Shown here one piece after another: positions 9,287-18,600 of a DNA stretch of 64,000 bases (positions are counted from its first letter, which is position 1; every line of letters starts with the position of its first letter). The stretch covers positions 384,001 to 448,000 of the forward strand of contig JBMNLZ010000003.1 of the NCBI GenBank assembly GCA_050953065.1, read 5' to 3'. A program made the translations under genes and the position numbers. This DNA is from Bacilli bacterium. Its GTDB lineage: Bacteria; Bacillota_I; Bacilli_A; ML615J-28; CAG-698. The notes beneath the pieces were generated by a model, which ran no database searches, was not told where the DNA came from, and saw only the letters and a list, made by a program, of their open reading frames with translations.

Positions 9287-10781
9287 TTATACCTCCAATT
9301 TTTACTGGCAATTTTCCTTTTGCCTTATTTTTTCCATATATAATATTCTTACATGCTTCTAACATGTAACTAGATACCTCATACAAACAAATGTAGTTTT
9401 CAACACCTTCTAAATACATTACATCATAAGGTGATCTTAGACTAATTACAAGTGTCTTCTTTTTATCTAATTCTTTAAATATTTTAGTTTGATAATCTTC
9501 ATCACTTACATTATAAGTAATTAAAATTATTCTTTCATATTCTAAAACTTTCTCTCTAACTAAATCTAAATTACTTAAATCTTCGTCAATAAATATTTCC
9601 TCGCCATTAAAATAATCACTAAACTTAAAATTATCAGGATTATTGTTATCAACTAAACTAGACATTTTAATTTTTGGTGAGATTATTAAACATTTATTTG
9701 TTTCATCTAACGGCAATATTTCATCTAAAACAACTGTTACAGCATCAGTTGAAACCTCTTTTGTTAGAGCATCATCTATTTTTATTTTATTTTCAACCCT
9801 ATTACAATATTTACCTTTAAGATTAATTATTTTTCGGTATGATTCTTCTATTCTTTCAACAGGAATCTTTCCTTCTTCAACTAATCTTACAAAAGTATTA
9901 AAAACATTTAATTGATCTTCTAATATAGCTTGTCCACAAAAAACAAGCATATCACATCCTGCCATCACAGAATTATAAATAACCTCTTCTAACAAATAAT
10001 TCTTACTAATTGCTTGCATTGTTAAGGAATCTGTAACAATTAACCCTTTAAAGTTTAGTTCATTAATTAAAAAATCTCTCACAATATTTTTAGATAAACT
10101 TGCAGGGTAAGTATCAAAACTAGAATAGATGATATGAGACATCATAACCCCATCAATTCCTTGTTCTATTGCTTCTTTAAAAGGAATGATTTCTCCTTTT
10201 AAAACATCTTCTCTAGATAATCCTACTCGAGGAAGTCCTAAATGCGAATCTACATTGGTATTACCATGCCCTGGAAAATGTTTTATCGTAGCAAGTAATC
10301 CCGCATCTTGAAACCCTTTAAATGCAGCAGTTGCATATTCTTTAACAACATTAAAATTATCCGAATAACTTCTTGCATTAATTACAGGATTATAAGGATT
10401 ATTATTAACATCTCCAACTGGAGCAAAGTTAATATTAAAACCTAAACTTTTTAAATCTTTGCCTGTTTTTAAACACAAATCATAAGTTTTAGTTGTTCTA
10501 GATGCTGCTAATGCCATTGCTCCTGGTAGATGATTAATAGAGGTAAGTCTTCTAACATAGCCTCCTTCTTGATCTACACAAATAAAAAGTGGAATTTTAG
10601 CTTTTTCTTGCATTATATTATTTAATTCTAAAACTTGTTCATTTGAATCAATGTTATGTTTAAAATATACAATCCCACCAACTTTAATTTTTTCAACTAA
10701 AGTTTTAAGTTGCTTATTATAAGTATTGCCCTTAAATGAAAAACAAAGCATTTGGGCTATTTTTTCTTTTAGTAATTTCAT
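9273..10781 (-). CDS. Second GH3 beta-N-acetylglucosaminidase (NagZ type), no signal peptide
   Basis: VDQEGG, KHFPGHGNTNVDSH, TDSLTM, RSPYD motifs. Confidence 0.9.
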   Translation of the reverse strand: MKLLKEKIAQMLCFSFKGNTYNKQLKTLVEKIKVGGIVYFKHNIDSNEQVLELNNIMQEKAKIPLFICVDQEGGYVRRLTSINHLPGAMALAASRTTKTYDLCLKTGKDLKSLGFNINFAPVGDVNNNPYNPVINARSYSDNFNVVKEYATAAFKGFQDAGLLATIKHFPGHGNTNVDSHLGLPRVGLSREDVLKGEIIPFKEAIEQGIDGVMMSHIIYSSFDTYPASLSKNIVRDFLINELNFKGLIVTDSLTMQAISKNYLLEEVIYNSVMAGCDMLVFCGQAILEDQLNVFNTFVRLVEEGKIPVERIEESYRKIINLKGKYCNRVENKIKIDDALTKEVSTDAVTVVLDEILPLDETNKCLIISPKIKMSSLVDNNNPDNFKFSDYFNGEEIFIDEDLSNLDLVREKVLEYERIILITYNVSDEDYQTKIFKELDKKKTLVISLRSPYDVMYLEGVENYICLYEVSSYMLEACKNIIYGKNKAKGKLPVKIGGINENS

Positions 10782-10808
10782 AATGTGCCCCTTAATTTAG
10801 ATTATAAG

Positions 10809-10843
10809 ATAAAAGATGTCATTTAATAAATGACATCTTTTAT
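10809..10843. terminator. Perfect 17-bp inverted repeat; terminator of the transporter operon and/or operator
   Basis: ATAAAAGATGTCATTTA-a-TAAATGACATCTTTTAT between the permease stop (10849) and the GH3 start (10781). Confidence 0.7.
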
Positions 10844-10848
10844 TTAGA

Positions 10849-11871
10849 TTAACCAACAATACCTGTTCTTTCAATGCTCTCAACAAATAATTTTTGAACA
10901 AAGAAATAAGCTATTAGTAATGGTAACATCATTAACAATGCCATGGTATTACTTAAAAGTCCTAAGAATTGCGAACTTCTGATTATATCAACATCTATTC
11001 CAAGTCTATTCCAATAAGCCATATTACCACCGATAACTGTACTTGTGTTTTCAGCTAAACCAAATAATTTAGTACCTAAAACTGTAGTATATCTAAATAC
11101 TTGGGCGAAATAATAATCATTCCATTGCCAAACAAAAGCAAACAATCCAACAGTAACAATCGCACCACGAGCGTTTGGAAGCATTACACTCCAGAAAGTT
11201 CTAATAACACCCGCACCATCTATTTGAGCAGACTCTTCTAATTCAATAGGGACTCCCCTAAAGAATTGCCTAAAGATATATATAAAGATAGCAGACCTTA
11301 TCCCCATACCAAACGCTGACATGATATACATCGCAAACCATTTTCCAATGAGCATGATTCCAAAGAATCCATTATTAGAAAAATATAGCCTTCTTGCAAT
11401 ATTAAGTGTTTCATTTGGTACTACTAATGTAAATAACACGATAAAGAATATAATGTTATTTCCAGGAAATTTAAGTCTTGCAAATGAGTACCCTGCAACT
11501 GCCGTAGCAATTATTTGAATAAAAGTACTAATTGATGCTAACACTAAACTACCAAAGAATGAATCCACATAACTCATTAATTCCCAAGATAGTCTAATAT
11601 TTATTAAACTAAAAGTTTCAGGAATCCACATTACTCTTGGATTAGAAATATCTTGTGGTGCACGTAGTGCAAAACTAAATTTCTGGATTAGAGGTAATAT
11701 AATAATAAAACACAAACCAGTCAACAATAACATTCTTAACAAAATTGCGAAGAACATCAAAACCTTTTGGTTTCTAAGTCTTGCAGTGCTTGGATCTCTC
11801 CAAGCTGCAGCGAAATCACTTAACTTTTCTTTAAAAGTTTTCTTCATTACTTTATTCTCATTATTCGTCAT
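10849..11871 (-). CDS. CUT1 sugar ABC permease (MalG-like)
   Basis: AGYSFARLKFPG; EAA loop ELEESAQIDGAG; FVWQWNDY; ATG at 11871 overlaps the upstream gene end. Confidence 0.92.
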   Translation of the reverse strand: MTNNENKVMKKTFKEKLSDFAAAWRDPSTARLRNQKVLMFFAILLRMLLLTGLCFIIILPLIQKFSFALRAPQDISNPRVMWIPETFSLINIRLSWELMSYVDSFFGSLVLASISTFIQIIATAVAGYSFARLKFPGNNIIFFIVLFTLVVPNETLNIARRLYFSNNGFFGIMLIGKWFAMYIMSAFGMGIRSAIFIYIFRQFFRGVPIELEESAQIDGAGVIRTFWSVMLPNARGAIVTVGLFAFVWQWNDYYFAQVFRYTTVLGTKLFGLAENTSTVIGGNMAYWNRLGIDVDIIRSSQFLGLLSNTMALLMMLPLLIAYFFVQKLFVESIERTGIVG

Positions 11872-12979
11872 AGTAGAACACCATCCTTGATAATAAGAAT
11901 AGAACAATAGCAATTATTAACAACGCTCCTAAGCAGAACAACCATGACATCGCTGCATTTATGCCATAATTGGATAGATACGTTTTAACTCCATCATCAA
12001 TAGGCGTACCTAAGAATGTTGAAACTCCATAATTACTATTAACGTTTCCTGCACTGATAAACTTCTTAAGTTCTCTTAAGACATCTGATCTTAAGAAGGC
12101 ATCAACTATCGTATAAACCCCTGCCGTAAGCATTAAAGGTGAAACCATTGGGAAAGTTATTTTCCAGAAAATTTCATACTGAGTTGCGCCTTCAATCTTT
12201 GCTGCCTCATACAAATGTTTAGGCACAGATTGAATACCAGATAGGAAGATTAATATTTGAACACCCGAATAAGAAATTATATCATAAATTCTTGATACTG
12301 CATCTCCTAAATAGCCAACAAAAGTAACTGGCAAGTTTGCACTTAACAAGAAATCTTGGAAACTAAACATTGATGCGAACAATTCTCTTGTTGTTGCATT
12401 AATTGAATCTTGCATAACTGTACTAGTTGAAAGTGCTGCCTCAATTGCTTGAGAGTTAAAGATAACCGGCATAAAGAAGATTGCTCTTACTAAAGCACGA
12501 CCTTTAAACTTTGTATTTAGAATAACTGCAATAATTAAACTAAAGATTAGAATAATTGGAACATCTATTAAAATACTAATAATTGAACTAGACAATGTTT
12601 GAGTATAACTTGGATGTTCTAAGAAAATATATTTATAATTTCCTAATCCTAAAAACTGAGTTTGAACCCCTTCACCAGCTGCTCCTTTTACATAACAAAA
12701 ACTATAATATAGAGTTTGTATAAAAGGAATAAAGAAGAAATATATAAATCCTATCATCAAAGGAATTATAAAGACAACTCCCCAAAGGGCTTTTCTTTTT
12801 CTATAAACAATTTTTGAAGCGATTTTCTTTGGAATATAACCCATAATTTCACTAAATTTAATCATAAACTTAGTTTGTCTGAATTTATACCAAACCTCAC
12901 TCAGCCAAGATCTGAACCTGCTAAATAGTCTACCGATTGGAGCAAACATTTTAGCAAAAATTGATTTAATTTTTCCCAT
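11861..12979 (-). CDS. CUT1 sugar ABC permease (MalF-like)
   Basis: FKGRALVRAIFFMPVI; EAA loop LYEAAKIEGAT; FWKITFPMVSP. Confidence 0.92.
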   Translation of the reverse strand: MGKIKSIFAKMFAPIGRLFSRFRSWLSEVWYKFRQTKFMIKFSEIMGYIPKKIASKIVYRKRKALWGVVFIIPLMIGFIYFFFIPFIQTLYYSFCYVKGAAGEGVQTQFLGLGNYKYIFLEHPSYTQTLSSSIISILIDVPIILIFSLIIAVILNTKFKGRALVRAIFFMPVIFNSQAIEAALSTSTVMQDSINATTRELFASMFSFQDFLLSANLPVTFVGYLGDAVSRIYDIISYSGVQILIFLSGIQSVPKHLYEAAKIEGATQYEIFWKITFPMVSPLMLTAGVYTIVDAFLRSDVLRELKKFISAGNVNSNYGVSTFLGTPIDDGVKTYLSNYGINAAMSWLFCLGALLIIAIVLFLLSRMVFYYDE

Positions 12980-12980
12980 A

Positions 12981-15900
12981 TTAATGACCTCCTGATAAGA
13001 CTAAATAGCTTTTCGCTTTTACTGTAATTCCGTTTATACTATCAACATAATCTGCTGTAAGCGATTTGTTAATTAATATTTCAACACCATTAGAATAAAC
13101 TACCTTAACAACATTTGTTCTTCCACCTACTAATTCATGACTTACTAATCTTCCACCATGAATTCCAACTGCATCTAAAGTTTCTTTAGTATTAACAACT
13201 TTAGCTTTCCAGTTAGCATAATAAGTTTGAGGATAATGATTGTATCTTGTATCATATAAAATCTTTGGATCTTCATATGAGAAAACAAATTGTAAATTAG
13301 AACCAGTTTCAAGTAGTTTCAATAATTCCATTTGCTCATCACCAGTAAGGTTATAAGCTGGTCCAGTGTAATCAAATAATCCACTTATTATTAATTGATA
13401 GAAAGGAATTGTATAGTCAATGATTGGATTTTGTGATGAATAAATAGGCACATCAACTGCATAGTCAACATATGATAATGCATATTCAAATGGCGCACTT
13501 AATTTAACCTTACCAATCTCTTCTTTAAACATTCCAAGAGCTTGTTTTTGATAAGCACAACCAACCTCAGCATATACTTCTGCTCCTCTTTGATAATCAC
13601 TAACTTTAACATTTCCTAAGTCAACTGCATATACACCTTCACTGTTTAACTTCTTAAATGAAGGAAGTAGTGTGTCAACTAGCGAAGTATAATATTTAGC
13701 AGAAACATAGTTTGTTCCTATATAAGTTCTCTTATCTTGAACTTTTGTTGCTAAGTTATAAGGATAATGCGTAGAATATGATGCACCAATACTCTTACCA
13801 GTATATTTCATATTACCAAAAGAATAATCATAACCTTTATTTGTAGTAACATTCATTTCTGGATAAAAATCAATATTGTTTTGATACAAGAAATCTTTGA
13901 ACTTATTTAAGCCCTTCACTCCTCCTAAAACTTTTGCAACTTTATGATTGCTACGAGCTTTAAATTCTAAAGCATCCTCACTCCAACCACGATAACTAAC
14001 ACTTAAATTATGAATATCATAATCCATTAATTCTTCTAATATTTCTTGTGCTTGTTTGAATGTAGTAAGAGATGATTTAATTTTATGTTTAACTCCTAAA
14101 GTTAAGATATATCTTTCATAAGCTCCTAAAAAGTTAACATCAACTAACGTATTAGCACTTGTATCATGTGCTTCAAGTAAATATTTATTAACTAAATAAA
14201 TTCTATATACTTCAGCTACTTTTGAATATGTTAATTGATTAGCCCTTAAGAATATAAAGTCATATTGAAAATCAATTGTATTTAAAGTTGTACTCCATTT
14301 ATTAAACTTAGAAGTATTCCATTTATTAGTACCAACTGCAACTTCTTCCATTTCTCTAAAATAAGTTTGGAATTTAGCATGGTTATATGGTTTACCACGT
14401 TGACTATCATGAAGTGTTCCTGCATCAAGAACAGAACTATTAGCACCATTTGCTACTATTCCAACAACACCCTTTTGATTAGTTGTATCAATGTAACCAT
14501 ACATTGGAAACATCAATTTTTCAGCGTTATCAGAATCAGGCATTTGATATGGAGCAATATTCATATCTCTACCATACATCCTCTTCCTAAAATCATTATA
14601 GTTTAATTCTTGAGCACCATTATTAAACTTAATAACAGCGCCAGACCCATCTGGTACAACTAACATACCTTCGCTTGTAGCCTCATCATTAAACGTAAAA
14701 TATGGTAAAAAGTCAATATATGATAAACGATAATTATGACTATAAGGATCATTATAATCAAGTGAACCATTACCTTCTTTTAATATATCACCTAAAAGCA
14801 TGAATTTAACGCCTTCATAATCTTTTGCTAAAGATACTTCCATACCAACTCTAAATCTAACAGGTACTAAGTCACCTTCAACACCAAAGTATTGGTTTTC
14901 ATGGTAAGCTTCTTCTATTGAATAATATGCTGGAATTGGCAAGCCATCTTCATCATAAATAAAGCCATCTTCATCTCGTGCTGCATATCCTGCATTTCTT
15001 CTCGCAAGATAATATTTAGGATCATCTTCTAGATTATCAAAATTCAAAGATTTAGCTGCTACAAGCTCATCAATTTTATCTTGGTCATCTAAAAGACTTG
15101 CATCATAAACATATTTTTCATTTACTAAATGTCTTTCAGATGTTTCATAAAGCAAATTAAATAAAGCTGTAAATTGTGTGCTAGATGTCGCTTTTAATTT
15201 ATAAAAACGATATTTATCAGGCTCTTCATCTTTGTTTACTTGATCATCTGTTTCGATTTTATAAAATCCATCAAATAATGAGTTTTTAGTTCCTTCATAA
15301 ATAAACGGGTTAACTATACAAGGAGAGGCTCCTTCTTCGCCATAATTAGTTGCATTAATTGTTGTTCCCCAGCCATTAACAAACTCTTCAGTTAAATAAG
15401 TTATATTAAAGTAAAGGTTTGTAGCATCTGGTTCAACTGTTTCTGGAAGCGGATTTACATCTCCATAGTTGTTATCATGAATATATTTTGCAACATCATA
15501 ATTTGATGTTGTAGCACTATAAGTGCCACTATTTTGATATTCTCTATATCTAACCACTCTAATAGACATAGTATCACCAAATGAATCCATAATACTTACA
15601 TTAGCATATTCTTGATTAATTCTAATATTCCCGATGAATTGATTAATCATTTTTTCAATTCTCATTTTATCTGGATAATAAGTTTGAGTAAAACGACCTA
15701 TATCATAAGAGATTTGAACCCCATCATCAATGTAATTAATAGCATAATGTTTTTCATATGTATTTGATGTTTTATTATAAAAGTTTACGCTATCAGTCAT
15801 AGTATTAAGACCAGTTGTAATTTGAGTTCCATTAGCACCATAATAGAACAATCTAAAATGGCTACCATAGGCTGAAGATACATCATCATTAGTTGTTGTA

Positions 15901-16187
15901 TATGTCTTACCTGTTCTTTTATCAACAATTGTAATTCTAGTAGTTTCTTCATTGATAAACATTTCAAAATTGTCATTTTCAGCAAACTTTTTATTATTAT
16001 CAAATGTTTCCATTGAAGATGCTTCAACAAAATCTTCTAGATTTATTTTTTTATTAGTAAAAGCTAATTCTTCTGCTAAAGCAATAGTACTAAGACCTCC
16101 AACAAAATAAACTAATAACGTAATCACTAAAACAATAACTAATAAAGAAGGAATAATATATTTAGCTTTTAAAAATCTCATAAACAT
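12981..16187 (-). CDS. Large membrane-anchored extracellular protein, DUF5696-like
   Basis: N-terminal TM; LPYF...GMLVVPDGSGAVIKFN, MYGRD, FPMYG, LTTFKQAQEIL, IPFYQLIISG, LKLLETG, VVYSNGVEILIN motifs; typical position after YIP1/NHL genes. Confidence 0.75.
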   Translation of the reverse strand: MFMRFLKAKYIIPSLLVIVLVITLLVYFVGGLSTIALAEELAFTNKKINLEDFVEASSMETFDNNKKFAENDNFEMFINEETTRITIVDKRTGKTYTTTNDDVSSAYGSHFRLFYYGANGTQITTGLNTMTDSVNFYNKTSNTYEKHYAINYIDDGVQISYDIGRFTQTYYPDKMRIEKMINQFIGNIRINQEYANVSIMDSFGDTMSIRVVRYREYQNSGTYSATTSNYDVAKYIHDNNYGDVNPLPETVEPDATNLYFNITYLTEEFVNGWGTTINATNYGEEGASPCIVNPFIYEGTKNSLFDGFYKIETDDQVNKDEEPDKYRFYKLKATSSTQFTALFNLLYETSERHLVNEKYVYDASLLDDQDKIDELVAAKSLNFDNLEDDPKYYLARRNAGYAARDEDGFIYDEDGLPIPAYYSIEEAYHENQYFGVEGDLVPVRFRVGMEVSLAKDYEGVKFMLLGDILKEGNGSLDYNDPYSHNYRLSYIDFLPYFTFNDEATSEGMLVVPDGSGAVIKFNNGAQELNYNDFRKRMYGRDMNIAPYQMPDSDNAEKLMFPMYGYIDTTNQKGVVGIVANGANSSVLDAGTLHDSQRGKPYNHAKFQTYFREMEEVAVGTNKWNTSKFNKWSTTLNTIDFQYDFIFLRANQLTYSKVAEVYRIYLVNKYLLEAHDTSANTLVDVNFLGAYERYILTLGVKHKIKSSLTTFKQAQEILEELMDYDIHNLSVSYRGWSEDALEFKARSNHKVAKVLGGVKGLNKFKDFLYQNNIDFYPEMNVTTNKGYDYSFGNMKYTGKSIGASYSTHYPYNLATKVQDKRTYIGTNYVSAKYYTSLVDTLLPSFKKLNSEGVYAVDLGNVKVSDYQRGAEVYAEVGCAYQKQALGMFKEEIGKVKLSAPFEYALSYVDYAVDVPIYSSQNPIIDYTIPFYQLIISGLFDYTGPAYNLTGDEQMELLKLLETGSNLQFVFSYEDPKILYDTRYNHYPQTYYANWKAKVVNTKETLDAVGIHGGRLVSHELVGGRTNVVKVVYSNGVEILINKSLTADYVDSINGITVKAKSYLVLSGGH

Positions 16188-16192
16188 CCCTC

Positions 16193-16882
16193 CTATAAAT
16201 ACCTCAGTGATATTTCACGATAAATGGTATATATGAAACCTATTATTGTTTGGAAAAGGTTGAAGCAAAGAAGTAGGATAAATGCAACTACCATCGCTGC
16301 AATTGCAGTAGCAACAATAGTAAGAATACATTTAAGTAAACCGTACTCATGAACTCCAATAATTCCAAAGAAAGCCATATATCCCATCATGAACACACCA
16401 AGACTATTTACTAAATGATATAAAGCCATCTCTTCTGCAACAAGCACATTGCTTAAAACCATTCCTATAATAGTAGTAAATATCATAGGATATAAGCAAT
16501 AACTTATCATTAAAAAGATATCTTTCATTTTTCCTTTACCATCAAACAAAGTCGCAACTGACCAGTTTGAAACAGTAAATAAAACAATCGGAGCAACAAC
16601 ATAAGCAATTTCTGCGAATGTGCTCAATTCATTAATATTTCTATCACTTACTAAGAATCCCAAAAATTGGAATTTTAGTATTTGAAGTAAAATAATCACA
16701 GCAATAAATGTTAAAGCTACTGACCATTTACCTCTATTTTCTCTTTTGAATTCATCAAAACCTTTAATTGGGTGAGCTAAAATATAACCAGGGAATTTAA
16801 CGAATTCTGCATAAAAATACTTTAATCTACTTTTTACTTTAGCACCAAAGCCAGTTTTATTATTTGTTTCAGTATTATTCAT
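16193..16882 (-). CDS. YIP1-family membrane protein
   Basis: HPIKGFDE, SNWSVATLFDGKG, YCLYP motifs; about 5 TM segments. Confidence 0.8.
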   Translation of the reverse strand: MNNTETNNKTGFGAKVKSRLKYFYAEFVKFPGYILAHPIKGFDEFKRENRGKWSVALTFIAVIILLQILKFQFLGFLVSDRNINELSTFAEIAYVVAPIVLFTVSNWSVATLFDGKGKMKDIFLMISYCLYPMIFTTIIGMVLSNVLVAEEMALYHLVNSLGVFMMGYMAFFGIIGVHEYGLLKCILTIVATAIAAMVVAFILLLCFNLFQTIIGFIYTIYREISLRYL

Positions 16883-18588
16883 TATTCATCACCTATTCCT
16901 GATTCTTCATAACCACCTCGTTTTACACGTTTGTATATACTCCATCCCACTAATCCTACGACTATAGCTAAGCCTATATACATTACAGTTGTAAAATATT
17001 CCTTGATTATCTCATCACGATATAATTTATAAGCACGTGAATATAAATCTTTATTATAACCAAGTTCGAAGTAATCTAATGCTTCAATGTATTCACCCTC
17101 ATACATTAAAGTCTTTCCAATACCAACATATGCATATTGATAGTTAGCATTTTTTTGAACAACTTTTCGCCATTCTCTTGCAGACTCAATATAGTCTCCA
17201 TCAACATAATACTTAACTGCTTTATTGATAATTGCTCCAATATCTGTTGGTTGGAAAACCATTAAAGCTTTTGAGTTTTTATCAATCAGTAAAACATTTT
17301 CACCTTGATAAACAAGTGCTACTGGATTATCAAGCTCATTAATTTGAGTTCCTTTTCCACCTGAAATATAAAGCAAGTTTCCTTCAGCATCATATGTAAA
17401 AAGTCTTCCGTTAGCTGAGTCTGCTACAGTATAAATTCCATAATCATTAACTGCAATTGCAGTTAAGTCAGGATGAGATGTTGCTTGAGTTGTTCTTAGG
17501 TATACTATATCTCCCTTAGGTACATTATAACCATTTCTCTTTAAAACATCACTTTCAGCTGGATTTAACTTCTTAATCATTGATCTATCGTTAGTTACAA
17601 GACCTTTTGTATTAGTAGTAGGACCAGCTGTTGTATAAATGAAGTTAGCGCTATCTATACAAAGAGAGTTAAAGATTTGGTTTAATACTTGCGTAGATTG
17701 AGAAAGTTGAGCCTCAGTTGCAAGATTTCTCCAGAATATTTCCCAAACACTTAAAGCAACTTTATTAACCCCAGTAAAACCATAAAATTCTCCAGTTGGA
17801 CTTAGTTTAATAATCCCTTCATTAATTCCTGAAGAAATTACATAAAGTCTTCCTGAACTATCTGCTACCATTTTGAAAGGTAAGAAAGCCTTTGTTTTAA
17901 AAGCATGCGCTTGTGGAGTTGAAATTACTCTAATAACTTTAAATGTATCACTATCTAAAACAATGACTTGTTGGTTATTAGTATCACAAATATAGATATA
18001 ATCTTCTCCTGTAGTTCTAACTACACCTCTAAAGACTCCATTTGGACCATTTAAAACAATACTAGCTCCAGTTGCTTGAAAATCTTCAAAGCTAACTAAA
18101 CCAACATTTGTTCCATCTACTTCTCTAATAATTAAAGGAGTTCTAATACCATTATTATTAGTATTAATCTTTAATGCTTCTTCATATGTAAACTTTGTTT
18201 TATCAAGTTCAAAGGCATCAATTACATAATCATCTTCTGGATTATCATCTACTCCCATTATTTTTAAAAGACTTAAATTCTTATCAAAAATAAACATCTT
18301 ATTAGAAATTGAGTCTACTAAATAAAGTTTTTCTTCATATCCTAATAATTCATGGAATTCATTTCTTAATTCTTTTTTAAACAAAAACAAATCAGCTGGT
18401 GATCTAAAGTCAGCATCTCTTAACCCTAAATCTCCAAACTTATAAACATTTGACACAGTAAGACCTTTATCAGAATAGATTGGTTTATTATCATGAGTAT
18501 AAATATATCCTGTTTCAGCCTTTACTATCGGCAAAGTACACATTAAAACCATTAAAATAAATACAATTAAAATTCTTCTTTTTATCAT
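16882..18588 (-). CDS. NHL/beta-propeller repeat protein with TPR-like segment and C-terminal TM
   Basis: Signal peptide; repeats LYLVDS, IYICDTNN, YTVADSANGRLFTYD; NANYQYAYVGIGK TPR-like segment; C-terminal anchor. Confidence 0.8.
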   Translation of the reverse strand: MIKRRILIVFILMVLMCTLPIVKAETGYIYTHDNKPIYSDKGLTVSNVYKFGDLGLRDADFRSPADLFLFKKELRNEFHELLGYEEKLYLVDSISNKMFIFDKNLSLLKIMGVDDNPEDDYVIDAFELDKTKFTYEEALKINTNNNGIRTPLIIREVDGTNVGLVSFEDFQATGASIVLNGPNGVFRGVVRTTGEDYIYICDTNNQQVIVLDSDTFKVIRVISTPQAHAFKTKAFLPFKMVADSSGRLYVISSGINEGIIKLSPTGEFYGFTGVNKVALSVWEIFWRNLATEAQLSQSTQVLNQIFNSLCIDSANFIYTTAGPTTNTKGLVTNDRSMIKKLNPAESDVLKRNGYNVPKGDIVYLRTTQATSHPDLTAIAVNDYGIYTVADSANGRLFTYDAEGNLLYISGGKGTQINELDNPVALVYQGENVLLIDKNSKALMVFQPTDIGAIINKAVKYYVDGDYIESAREWRKVVQKNANYQYAYVGIGKTLMYEGEYIEALDYFELGYNKDLYSRAYKLYRDEIIKEYFTTVMYIGLAIVVGLVGWSIYKRVKRGGYEESGIGDE

Positions 18589-18600
18589 TTCAATTCACCT

